Positions 39,601 through 51,480 of a DNA stretch of 64,000 nt are shown piece by piece (the first letter of the stretch is position 1; each line of letters begins with the position of its first letter). This stretch comes from Eledone cirrhosa. Lineage: Eukaryota. The stretch lies in assembly GCA_964016885.1 (NCBI GenBank), contig OZ024740.1, positions 216,070,001 through 216,134,000 on the forward strand, read 5' to 3'. The translations under genes and the position numbers were made by a program. The notes under the pieces were generated by a model. It saw only the letters and a program-made list of their open reading frames with translations. It ran no database searches and was not told the DNA's origin.

Positions 39601-40752
39601 GTGTATCTTTGTGTATGTGTATGCTTGTATGTTTGTGTATGTGTATCTTTTTGTATGCGTATGCTTGTATGTTTGTGTATGTGTATCTTTTTGTATGCGT
39701 ATGCTTGTATGTTTGTGTATGTGTATCTTTTTGTATGTGTATGCTTGTATGTTTGTGTATGTGTATCTTTTTGTATGCGTATGCTTGTATGTTTGTGTAT
39801 GTGTATCTTTTTGTATGTGTATGCTTGTATGTTTGTGTATGTGTATCTTTTTGTATGTGTATGCTTGTATGTTTGTGTATGTGTATCTTTTTGTATGCGT
39901 ATGCTTGTATGTTTGTGTATGTGTATCTTTGTGTATGTGTATGCTTGTATGTTTGTGTATGTGTATCTTTTTGTATGCGTATGCTTGTATGTTTGTGTAT
40001 GTGTATCTTTTTGTATGCGTATGCTTGTATGTTTGTGTATGTGTATCTTTGTGTATGTGTATGCTTGTATGTTTGTGTATGTGTATCTTTTTGTATGCGT
40101 ATGCCTGTATGTTTGTGTATGTGTATCTTTTTGTATGTGTATGCTTGTATGTTTGTGTATGTGTATCTTTTTGTATGTGTATGCTTGTATGTTTGTGTAT
40201 GTGTATCTTTTTGTATGTGTATGCTTGTATCTTTGTGTATGTGTATTCTTGTATGTTTGTGTATGTGTATCTTTGTGTATGTGTATGCTTGTATGTTTGT
40301 GTATGTGTATCTTTTTGTATGTGTATTCTTGTATGTTTGTGTATGTGTGTGTATGTGTGTGTATGTGTATGCTTGTTTCTTTGTGCATGTGTATTCTTGT
40401 ATCTTTGTGTATGTGTATTCTTGTATCTTTGTGTATGTGTATTCTTGTATGTTTGTGTATGTGTATCTGTATGTATGTGTATGTTTGTATATATGTAGTA
40501 TCTGCGTGTATGTGTATACTTGTATGTCTGTGTATATGTATGCTTGTATATTTGTGTATGTGTGTGTATGTTTGTGTATGTGCATATTTGTGTTTGTGTA
40601 TGTTTGTGTATGTGTGTGTATGTATGTTTGTGTATGTTTGTGTGTATGTTTGTATGTGTATGTTTGTGTGTGTGTATGTTTGTGTGTATGTACGTGTATA
40701 TGTGTGTATGTTTGTATGTGTATGTTTATGTCTGTGTGTGTGTATGTGTATT
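39601..40752. repeat. 40-bp minisatellite GTGTATCTTTTTGTATG(C/T)GTATGCTTGTATGTTTGTGTAT (about 16 exact-period copies to 40230) decaying into 10-bp/TG microsatellite
   Basis: Period 40 visible directly; it produces the spurious 300-400 aa ORFs. Confidence 0.95.
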
Positions 40753-41074
40753 TGTGAAATAACAGGAGACTCCTACATTTAGATTAGTGGCAGGGATTAC
40801 TATCACTGTATATTATTGAATTTTAGACCTCCTCCTCCTCCCCCTCAGCACCATTATCCTTTTCTTCTTCTTCTTCTTGCTTTATCTACATAGGATGTGG
40901 AGGGTGTGACGTAGTGGGGGAGTGTTCACATAAACAAAACACAACACTAACATAATCTACAACAACATGACCAACCACCATAACAACAACATAATTAACA
41001 GTAACAACGACAACATTATCAACAACAACAACAGCTACAACAATATACATAAACCACCATCACCACAACAACAG

Positions 41075-41262
41075 TAGAATTGGCAGTATCGGTAGAGCGT
41101 CGGACGCCATGCTTTGACGCATAGAGTTACGGCCCTTTCCAATCTGAGTTCAAATCCCGCCGAGGTTAACTTTGCCTTTCATCCTTACGGGGTCGATAAA
41201 ATAAAGTACCAGTAATACACTGGGATAATTGCTGGCCTTGTGCCAAAAAGTAGAAACAATTA
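41075..41262 (+). mobile_element. full-length tRNA-headed SINE
   Basis: A-box TGGCAGTATCGG, B-box GAGTTCAAATCC, core CTTTCATCCTTACGGGGTCGATAAAATAAAGTACCAG, tail AGTAGAAACAATTATT. Confidence 0.9.
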
Positions 41263-42149
41263 TTAATAACAACATTACTAACAACTACAACAACAACAAC
41301 AACAACAACAATAATAATAATAATCTTCATCATCATCATAGTGATAAGAAGAATAAAAACAACAGCAACAGCAGCAGCAATAACAACAATGTCTGCCAAC
41401 AACGACAATAGAAACAGCAGCAGCAATAACTTTGACGACAGCAACACTGACTACAATGATTGTGATGTCAATGGTGATGATAATTATGATGATGAAAATG
41501 TCAGTGTTGAAGAAGAAGAAGAAGAAGAAGAAGAAGAAGAAGAAGAAGAAGAAAAACAACAACAACAACAACAGTAAGATGATAGTATTGTATAATTGAC
41601 AACCTACATCTGTAGTATTTACTTTTAATACTTTTGATACTAACCACACCCCTACCCCAGGTCTACAATACAAAACTATTCATTTTAATGGGTTTATATT
41701 TATTTTACAATCTTCTGTCGAAGTTTTATATAAAAAGAAAAAAAAATCTTTTGTAAATATATGTTCTAAACACTAAATAACGAGAAAGGTAAAATGTGAA
41801 ATTCTACCAAATTCTTGATTATTTTCAAAATTAATTGAAAACTAAAGGTAGTGTCTTTCATTAGAAATATGGCAACATAAGGGTTAATAAAAGTAAAGAT
41901 ACATTACTGGTTTTCTGGTACCCTTAATCCCAGACCCATGTCATATCAACTGTTTTGCTGGACCATATAATACCATATATACTCAAATATAAGCTGCCCC
42001 CACCAATTTTATGTCTGAGAAATGGGTAAAATTCCAAACCCCTTTTATAAACTGAGGCAGCTAATCAACACATTGTTTAGGTGGTGTATATAAGCCAACT
42101 TCACCTATTTTACCATTGATTTTTAGGTCACATATTCCTTGGCTTATAT

Positions 42150-42325
42150 TGGAGTAAATGTTGTTGGTGTTAGGAAGGGCATACAGCTGTAAAAATCCCA
42201 GCCAAAATGCAGTTCTTTCTGAGCAAGGTGTGGCACGGCCTGCTGGCCAGACTTGTCTCGTGATGTGGATGACACGTCTAACCCATGCAGGCATGGGAAA
42301 ATAGATGTTAAACGATGATGATGGT
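42150..42325 (+). mobile_element. RTE-tailed SINE; family copies also at 33195, 35390, 44720, 46700, 53435, 56952, 62845, 63560 (mostly -)
   Basis: GTTGGTGTTAGGAAGGGCATACAGC...ACCCATGCAGGCATGGGAAAATAGATGTTAAACGATGATGAT. Confidence 0.8.
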
Positions 42326-42983
42326 AAGGTAATGATGGTATGGTAATTCACCAGAAAGATATGAAAATGGAAAGACTTTCCCCACCACTCAACTATCATA
42401 ATATAAAGCTAACACTACATTCTAACTTCCCAATGAGTATTAACTTGTCTGGGGGGTTGCAGGAAATGTAAATGTCTGTTTATAAATACGAGTAGATTAA
42501 CTGTTACCATAGTACTCAGTGTTTCAAATAATTTTGAATATAATCAAGAATATTTAGGTATTCACTAATATAATGAACTTTCTCATTATTATACTGGTGT
42601 TTGGAACATCACTTAACAAAGGTTCTTTCATAAAACTACGGTGGAAGGTTTGAAGATAAATATAAAAACTTTAAAATAAACAGCATTGTATGAAAGAAAC
42701 AGGTGGTGCCAACTGGTTTGGTTAAAAGAGATGCTGGATCATGAGAAAGAGAGAGTCATAGCACCCATTTCTACTTTGTGTTCAGGCCCTTTCAACCAAA
42801 ACTCTAGGTATGTCACTAAAGAACAATAAAAGCCACTGACAACTTAACCATTTACTGCAACTTGCATGTCATTTGTTACTTCATACACACACATGTACAT
42901 ACATATATATATATCCAAACCCATGCAAGCGTGGAAGATGGACGTTAAACAATGATGATGATGATGATGATATATATATATAT

Positions 42984-43402
42984 ATAAAGTATTAAAAAAA
43001 TAATGAATAAAACAATGAAACAGTTCCTTATATTAAACAAAAAAAGTTCATTATTTAACGATCGTTTCTAGGACATATATGTGTTAGAATTGGTATGCAT
43101 ATTCAACAGATCTATGTACAAAATTATACAAATTATCAAATATAATATACATACCAACACATACATATGCCGTCTTCAGAAATAATGATTATTTCTGAAG
43201 ACGGCATATGTATGTGTTGGTATGTATATTATATTTGATAATTTGTATAATTTTGTATAATTTTGTACATAGATCTGTTGAATATGCATACCAATTCTAA
43301 CACATATATGTCCTAGAAACGATCGTTAAATAATGAACTTTTTTTGTTTAATATAAGGAACTGTTTCATTGTTTTATTCATTATTTTTTTTTAATACTTT
43401 AT
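42984..43402. mobile_element. about 200-bp-arm near-perfect palindrome (centre 43187), Penelope pLTR-like, with about 135-bp unique right extension, bounded by (TA)n
   Basis: Arms are reverse complements apart from a 10-bp duplication (TTTGTATAAT) and a homopolymer length difference. Confidence 0.9.
43188..43334 (+). ncRNA. type I hammerhead ribozyme with long stem II (mirror copy on minus strand in left arm)
   Basis: ATTATTT-CTGAAGA-[114-nt self-complementary stem II]-GAAAC-GATC-GT-T-AAATAAT; stem I is 7/7 paired and stem III ACGATCGT is palindromic. Confidence 0.7.
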
Positions 43403-43533
43403 CTTGACTCTGTATTCCGTTTATCTTTCACCGAAAGTGATTTTTGAATGCATCTCTTCTTTCCATGATATCCGAATTACATTGAGTTCTTCATACGGAT
43501 TGGACACTACCGTAAACTCTTGGTAGATTTATC

Positions 43534-43608
<75 letters not shown>

Positions 43609-44029
43609 CCACAGTGTAAATTTACAGTCCCGTCAGAGCAAGGAACGGCGTGGCCAGCCTTGTCTCTCATCACAGATTAACCACCTGACCACTGTAAGAA
43701 TGGAAAAAAATAGACGTTAAATGATGATGATGATGATAGATAGGGGGAGAGACATACACACACACTCACATACATATATATGCGTGTGTGTATATATATA
43801 CATACACACACAAATTATCAAAGATATAAGCATAGTAATAGATATAAAAGGTATCTATCAGTTACCAGTTGAGCTCAATGAATGAATTAATTAATTGATT
43901 GATTAATCAAATCAGAGCTTTATAAATTCATGTGGGAAAAGCAGACAAGATAAAAGTTTACCTTTTAACTTCAAAATGCTGATCTAGGTTGATCTCACAC
44001 AGAAAACTACAGTCGGTATTTTGAAGTGA

Positions 44030-44277
44030 AAAGGTGCCTGCGTCAGTTGTTAGCTGCCGAGACACTGCATCCTTTAAAACCCTCATGCTTCCCGAAATTC
44101 GCCAAAACTACACCTGATGTACCCCTTCCAAGCACATGCACACATGTGTATATCATGACTCATGCACTGTTCATTTTTCTGACGTTTGTACATTACCCTA
44201 TGTATTATACATACACTTTTTGAAGTGTTGTAGTGCACCTGAGCACTGTACACAATATTTCATTATTATTATATTAT
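44030..44277 (+). mobile_element. CR1-type LINE 3' end
   Basis: PASVVSCRDTASFK resembles the WNxLPxxVVxxxxxxxFK ORF2 terminus; 3' UTR hairpin GTAGTGC..GCACTGT and (ATT)n tail. Confidence 0.65.
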
Positions 44278-44301
44278 CTTGTTGGCTCTTTCAACTGATG
44301 A

Positions 44302-44335
<34 letters not shown>

Positions 44336-44970
44336 TGACATGCACACACACATTCACATATATACATATGTATATGACATGTGTGGTATTTAAATCAATG
44401 ACAATCAAAGAACAGGATCAGAGAACAACACGTTTCAATAACAATATATTAGCATAATGCTGGAAAGAAAGAACATAATGCCTCAAAGTTTTGGATGCTG
44501 GTGCTTCATCTAAAAGGAGATCACAGAAAGTGTAATTTCTAAGAGGGAAGAAAAAGTAGTAAAACCAAAGAAAATGAGAAAAAAGGAAGAGGGAGAAACA
44601 GAATGTGTGTCAAGTAGCAGTTACACACGCATGTACACACACACAGTAAAAGGGAAACATCCAATCCGACCCATGCCAGCATGGAAAAGTGGATGTAAAA
44701 ATGATGATCAGACTCTTATTCATCATCATCAGAGTTTTAATTGTATTTTCCATGCTAGCATGGGTTATACAGGTTGTCGGGTTAGACAGGCTGGTTAACC
44801 ACATCCTACTAATGTTTGGCTTGATTTCTATGGCTTGATACCTTTCCTCACTCCAACTACTTAACATCGTATATTGGGAGCATTTTATTGTGACTCCAGC
44901 ACCTTACTACAGGTTGGACTGTGTACTTTTCATTGTAATATATATATATATATACATATATACATATATA

Positions 44971-45629
44971 TCTAAACTATAATAAAGTAAGGAGCGCGGG
45001 ACTGCGTACGGTTTATAATATTTTATCCCAAAGTTGGATTACTTTGAATAAATAATTGTTTCTACTTTTGGCACAAGGCCGGCAATTATCCCAGTGTATT
45101 ACTGGTACTTTATTTTATCGACCCCGTAAGGATGAAAGGCAAAGTTAACCTCGGCGGGATTTGAACTCAGTTCGTAAAGGGACGTAACCGTGCTGCAAAG
45201 CATGGCGTCCGACCCTCTACTGATACTGCCAATCCACTGCCCTTCTTTGAATAAATAATGAATGAATATTACATAATTTATCTACTAAATTTCGTGGCTG
45301 TTGAGTAAATATATTTTGTTTATTTAAAGATTCACTTCTTTAACATTTTTGAAATGTCAACACTTCCGGTTGGCCATCGCTTAAATAAACATACTAATTT
45401 TCTCCTAATGCAGTTTATATATAATATTGTCTTTTTTTAATGTATCATGGATTATTTTACTGATTACATAAGACAGTGTAACACAGTCTTTGTTCAATTT
45501 CTATGTATATTGTCAATTATGATTTTATTTGACGTATCATATCTACATCTATATATACCTGCGTATAATATCAATATACACACTACACATGTTAGCAGAA
45601 AACCACCCGAAGGATGGTTTTTCTGCTAG
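44971..45629 (+). mobile_element. non-autonomous Helitron
   Basis: A|TCTAAACTATAATAAAG start; subterminal hairpin AAAACCACCCGAAGGATGGTTTT; CTAG|T end. Confidence 0.7.
45052..45243 (-). mobile_element. young full-length tRNA-headed SINE with 15-bp target-site duplication
   Basis: CTTTGAATAAATAAT at 45042-45056 and 45245-45259. Confidence 0.92.
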
Positions 45630-45789
45630 TATATATAATAAAATGTTGTAGTTTGCTTGAAGCATTGTATATAATATATAACATGGAAAGAGATAGAAGG
45701 CTAAACAATGCCAAATGGACTGTATAATGAGGTAACGAAAAGTAAGTTACCTGGTAATCTTTGTTTTGTTTTTTGTTGTTGTTCTTTTT

Positions 45790-46398
45790 CTGTCTAATAT
45801 TTCAGGACCTAAAAGTCACTTCTTCAGGGTTTAAGGAACTTTCAGAGGATAATGTTCCAATTTCCTCTCTTTGGGATTAAATTTTAAATAAAATATTTCT
45901 TTGGTCGTTTTCAAGCGTTTTTTGATGTCAATTGCCAATGTAGTGTTTTATGAAATCAATTTTCTTTTTTCTCTGAGATGTTTAGTTTGTGTGTGTGTGG
46001 GTGTGTATGTTAAGTATTGTGTGCCGAGTTCTAATCTATTATTTAACAAGGCTTCCTTAATTCTTAAATTGCCCACATTTCTATCTCTAGCTTCAATAGT
46101 AACAGTAATATGTCGGTTGATATTTCTACATTTGTCAGTGTGTTTTTTGTTCATTTCTTATGTATCTGGTTTTAGCACAAAGGGGAAGGTCTGATCTATA
46201 ATGCTCAAACAGGTCTCTGCTGGTAGCTTTCCTATAGAAGTTGGTGTATATAGCACCTTCTTATGTTACTTTAAATTGGAAGGCCAGCAGAGACAAGGAA
46301 CCATTTTTATTGTGGTAAATCTTATGTTGTTATCAGTGTTTGAAAATACTGTAGATATTATGTTGACCTCCTCATGGGATGATGTGAGGATGACATTT
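45790..46398 (-). pseudogene. Penelope-like element remnant: RT palm/thumb fused to GIY-YIG C-terminus, then HHR-bearing 3' region
   Basis: Minus-strand translation VILTSSHEEVNIISTVFSNTDNNIRFT / KNGSLSLLAFQ..EGAIYTNFYRKATSRDLFEHYRSDLPLCAKTRYIRNE (matches the PLE IxFTxE..LxFLD..TxxYRKxT..HYxSxxP pattern), then IEARDRNVGNLRIKEALL. Confidence 0.8.
45792..45832 (-). ncRNA. minimal type I hammerhead motif at the 3' end of the PLE remnant
   Basis: CTGAAGA-AGTGACT-ttt-AGGTCCT-GAAATATT; stem I is weak. Confidence 0.55.
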
Positions 46399-46583
46399 AG
46401 GGGAGGGGAAAGTCAACTAAATTTACCCCAGTGTGTTACTGGTACTTTATTTTATCAACCCCATAAGGATGAAAGGCAAATCTAACATCGAAAGGATTTG
46501 AACACAGAATATAAAGGGACGTAACTATATGCCACAAAGAATGGTGTCTGCAACTCTACTGATTTCTGCCAATCCACTGCCAA
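46399..46583 (-). mobile_element. diverged tRNA-headed SINE truncating the PLE remnant
   Basis: Family motifs present. Confidence 0.8.
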
Positions 46584-47340
46584 TAATAACAGCAACAATA
46601 ATAGGAGGTTAAATTTCAACTCTCTTATATAACAAATTTAGAATCTGACAACTTCTACAAGGAAAACGGGTTGTCATTTTCTAAGGCTAGACATATCAAA
46701 TGAATGTGTCATGCTCATACATTCTATTCTAGTATGGTTTCAATGGTTGGATGCCCTTCCTAATACCAACCAATTCATGGTATCTACCAAGTGTTTTATC
46801 ATGGCACCACCACTAACCCTGACAGGGTGGACTAGATTTTATCACGGCACCAGCACTACCATGTTACTGTGTAGGTTAGGTGCATTTTATTATGGCACCA
46901 GCACTACCACTTTTAACATTGGGCACTTGTTGTGTCCTCAGCCAAGTTGGGGTGGCAGTGATAGGGATCAAGAGCGAGGGGTGACATGTTACTTATCATA
47001 AGAGGAGGTGAGAGAGAAAGATGGTCTTAAGCGTGACATTGGTGGTGGGGGTACTTGTCTTTCCGTACTGGAATGGGTGGATCAGGGGAAAAGGAAATAC
47101 TAAGATTGCAGAAGGAGAGATCAAGTGTGTGGGGAGGGAGTGGATATACTGGGAGGTTAGATAATGACATAAGGGGCAGAATATCAATGGGATAACACAA
47201 AGATGGATGCTATGTTTCCAGTCATGTTTAGAAGATTTGTTATGATGCTAGTTTTAAGGACTTGATTTAAAATATTTGTAATTGAAAAAAAAATATAAGA
47301 GAAATATTTTAAAAGTATAAATAAAGTTATAAGTATGGCC

Positions 47341-47410
47341 TTGAATTGACAGAGTCATTGAATTGACAGAGTCATTGAATTGACAGAGTCATTGAATTGA
47401 CAGAGTCATT
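47341..47410. repeat. 17-bp tandem repeat TTGAATTGACAGAGTCA x4
   Basis: Direct inspection. Confidence 0.95.
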
Positions 47411-48625
47411 AAAGGCATCAGAATATCTTATAGCCTTCATTCCAACTCTCTGTAATGACATTATGTGACACAGGGGAATTGAACCTGGGACTTAATGATT
47501 GTCAAGCAAATCTCTTTACCATTTGCGTCCATTATGATAATAATAACATCAATGATAATAATAATTGTGACATTCCACAGAGGTTAACTTTACCTTTCAG
47601 TCATTCAAGGTTGATAAAATAAAGTATCAGTCCATGGCAGTGAATTAATGAAATTGGTAGAGTGTCAGATAAGATGCTTTGTGGTAGCTATTCAAACACT
47701 TTGTGGTCTGAGTTCAAATTAGGGCTTTAAATCCCACAGATAAATGAGAGGTAATTATCCAACCATGGGACTACAACTGATTCTGAAAGCTGCAATGGAT
47801 GGAAGAGGATTATTGCTGTCTGCTGCTGCTGCAGTCAAACAATGATGATGAAAGTTATAAGTAGACAACAACAATAAGAATTATTTTTCATCCTTTGATT
47901 CATGTCTGGTGAAATGTTATGTGTTCAAGGTTAGAAAGCAATGGAATAAAAGAGGTTTTGTTTTGTACAAACAATAATATTTCATCATTAGACTTTCTTT
48001 TTAAAGAACTGACCATCAACATCGATATCTGTAGAAAGAATCATTTTTCAAGAAATGTTTGTATTCCCTTTATAACTGTTTAAAACACAATAATGATGAC
48101 ATAGACTATAAATATGCATTCTTTTCCCTGTATCCAGAGATAAAAGTGAGTAATTTGCTTAGCTTGCTAACTGCTATTTAGTATTAAAGTTAAAAAACGG
48201 GTTATATTTAATACAGTTATGGAGTGGAATGGGGTGGGGGGTGGGGTGGAAGGAAACTGAATTTTAGTTTACGAGAATCGGCTGAAAAATTCATAGGCTG
48301 ACCAAGATACTCTCATGGAATGACCAAATGAGGTCTATTTTTCAACATAGTTTTGGGAAAGAAACAATGCAATTATTAATAAGTCACCCATGCATACTTG
48401 TCTCCCCTCTCCATGTCGCTGATGTCGTCCAAGGGAAAGGCAATGGCTGATACAGCTTGGTATCAGTGACGTCATAACTCATTTATATATATACATATAT
48501 AAACTTAAGAAAAATAACAAAGAGAGGAGAAGACAAACAACATAAAAAAAAATTTATGGGGAAACCTTAAAATTAAAAATAAAATACAAACGAAGGGCAC
48601 AGAACTCCAGAGTCATCAGTCGTTG

Positions 48626-48691
48626 AGATAGACGTTTGTAGTTTCGACCCCTACCATCGGTACTGTTGGCCCACCCGGGGTCACAGCATCT
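48626..48691 (-). ncRNA. decayed type I hammerhead motif
   Basis: AGATG-CTGT(core deletion)-GACCCC..GGGGTC-GAAAC-tacaaac-GTC-TATCT; stems I and II pair, but the CUGANGA box is incomplete. Confidence 0.45.
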
Positions 48692-49014
48692 GACACAAGC
48701 CAACCACTGTCCAATGGAGTAAGAGACGAGAGATTACATGAAGCAGTTATTTTAAGTTTAAAATCATGATAGAGATGTTGGTCTAACAATGAAGGAATCA
48801 TCATTCCAATAAATTCATATTTTAACACTGGTTCTGCCAGAACAATTCATTTCAGTTCCAATCCTATTGTTGGCCATTCTACAGTTAATCTCTCATCCCT
48901 TGTTAGAGATTTAAATATTAGTAATTAACAGATTATATCCTTAATTGAAAAAGAAATTGAGCATATCATGTCTATTTAGAAATCATATTTAATAGGAATT
49001 ATTATTATTATTAG

Positions 49015-49552
49015 AGTGGTGAATTCGCAGTATTGGTAGGGAATCAGACATCCTACTTTGTGGCATAGAATTACGGCCCTTTACTTTCTTATTTCAAATC
49101 CCGCTGAGGTTAGTTTCGCCTTTTATCCTTACATGGTCGATAAACTAAAGCATCAGTAATGCACTGGGGTAAATTTACTCAACTTTCCCTTACTTTTCAA
49201 ATTGCTAGCCTAAAGTAGAAACAATTATTATTATCATTGATGTTATTATTATCATAATGGACTCAAATGGTAAAGAGATTTGCTTGACAATCATTAAGTC
49301 CCAGGTTCAATTCCCCTGTGTCACATATTGTCATTTACCATAGCCTCATGTTGATGTATTACTTGTGAGTGAAATTGTATAGATGGGCTATACATGTAAT
49401 TTAAAGGGTCAGTTATGTCACACAAATGTCATGCTGAATCTCCCTGAGAATTATGTTAAAGTTACACATGCCTGTGAAATACTTACATTCTAATTTCATG
49501 ATTGAGATATTTTGTTGATCAACCAACTGGAACACATCATCAAAACTGACAA
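49015..49552 (+). mobile_element. tRNA-headed SINE (49015-49225) followed by a second tRNA-headed SINE type (about 49258-49552)
   Basis: First has the Meta-like core; second has A-box-like TGGACTCAAATGG and B-box GGTTCAATTCC. Confidence 0.65.
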
Positions 49553-49977
49553 AGGTCTATCAATTATGATTATTATAGTTTTGAATATGAGTCATCAGAA
49601 TATTGGTATTTGTTCCAGCTTCTGTACAAATCTTGATGAGGTTAACTTTGTTGATAAAGTACCAATATACAGTGGTGGATTGGTGGTACTGTTAAGGCAT
49701 TGGGTACAATACCTTGTTATATCTGGTGTGGATGTGGTACATTGAGTTTACCTTTCACAACTCTGGTGACAAGCTGTATCAGTCCTTGGTTTTACCTTGG
49801 ACACCTTCGGTGGCATAGAGAGGTGACACGTGTATGAATGGACAACTGCTGATGTGCTCTTTAGAGAGGAACATTCCAGAAGCTAATTCAAGGTTGGTCT
49901 CACAAGATATATGAAAGAACTGGAATTGGTTGAAATTGTAAGGCCTAGACTAAATACCTCACTGGGGATAATTTAAA

Positions 49978-50130
49978 CCAGTCATGAGTAAACTATGGTC
50001 CATGAACTGCATGTGACCCATTTGGCTTTCTGATTGGTACCCCTAATTTCAAAATTGTCTTGGATTTTTTAATGGCTGATCCTGCCTTATCTTATGTGGC
50101 CCACTGCTCAAAAAAGGTTGCCTGTGCTTT
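49978..50130. mobile_element. possible old hAT/Charlie-like MITE
   Basis: CAGTCATGAGTAAACTATGGTCC...TGTGGCCC..AAAAAAGGTTGCCTGTGCTT resembles Charlie-type ends; degenerate. Confidence 0.4.
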
Positions 50131-50389
50131 ATATAAACGATTATACCCCTCCCATTACAAAGCTGTGACCTAGTGAAAAACAAATAATTGTATTCCACAT
50201 TAGGGTCACTGTCATCATAACTATCACCTTGTCATCACCATTAGCATCACTGTTACTGACCGTATCACCACCCTCATACACCCACCCCACTATCATCACC
50301 ATCAACTTTATCTTCGTTTATCACAAACCCCCCCCCCCCCCCCGGCATCTCACAAACCAAACACCAAGGACACAGGACAAAATAGACAT

Positions 50390-50582
50390 TAATACATATA
50401 CACACACACCTACACATTAATACACACACACACACACAATAATACACACACACCTACACATTAATACACACACACATGATTAATATATTAATACATATTC
50501 AGACATAAATAAACAAACATACATACACATAGATATTAATATATTAGCACACACACTTATACAAATAGCTACACACAAATGG

Positions 50583-50629
<47 letters not shown>

Positions 50630-51032
50630 TATTTATACATATACATATATACAGACATTAATATATATGCACACAAATATAAATATAGACAAATATACAT
50701 ATATATATATGTATACATACATAGACACACACATAAATACATATAAATATACACAAACATTAATACACACACAAATATATGTAGACATACACAAACGTAT
50801 ATATATGTGCCTGTACACATTAATATAATTATACACACATAAACATACACCCAAAATACACTCATATATATATATATATATGTACATATACATTAATATA
50901 GATACACCACTCAAATATAAGTAGACATACACATATATTTATATACACACCTATATAATTATATGTACCCACACACAACATCAACGTACACACACACTCA
51001 AATATATAAATACAGGTACACACACACATACA

Positions 51033-51121
<89 letters not shown>

Positions 51122-51251
51122 GTAGACATACAGACATTAATATATATATATACACACACACATACACACATATATATAAATAAATGTAGACATACACAAA
51201 CATTAATACACACACACGCATACATACATATATATATAAATAAATGTAGAC

Positions 51252-51296
<45 letters not shown>

Positions 51297-51389
51297 GACA
51301 TACACAGACATTAATACACACACACATATACATTAATATATATATACACACATATACATTAATATATACACACACACATATACATTTAT

Positions 51390-51459
<70 letters not shown>

Positions 51460-51480
51460 AATGTAGACATACACAGACAA
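50390..51480. repeat. compound (CA)n/(TA)n microsatellite field with recurring ACATTAATA and AAATGTAGACATAC spacers
   Basis: Direct inspection; a similar field is at 54085-54740. Confidence 0.9.

Noticed and set aside
39495-40782. 300-400 aa ORFs in five frames
   Set aside because: Produced by a stop-free 40-bp minisatellite; no protein-like composition.
41075-41165. tRNA gene
   Set aside because: A/B boxes belong to a SINE head; there is no cloverleaf and it continues into the SINE core.
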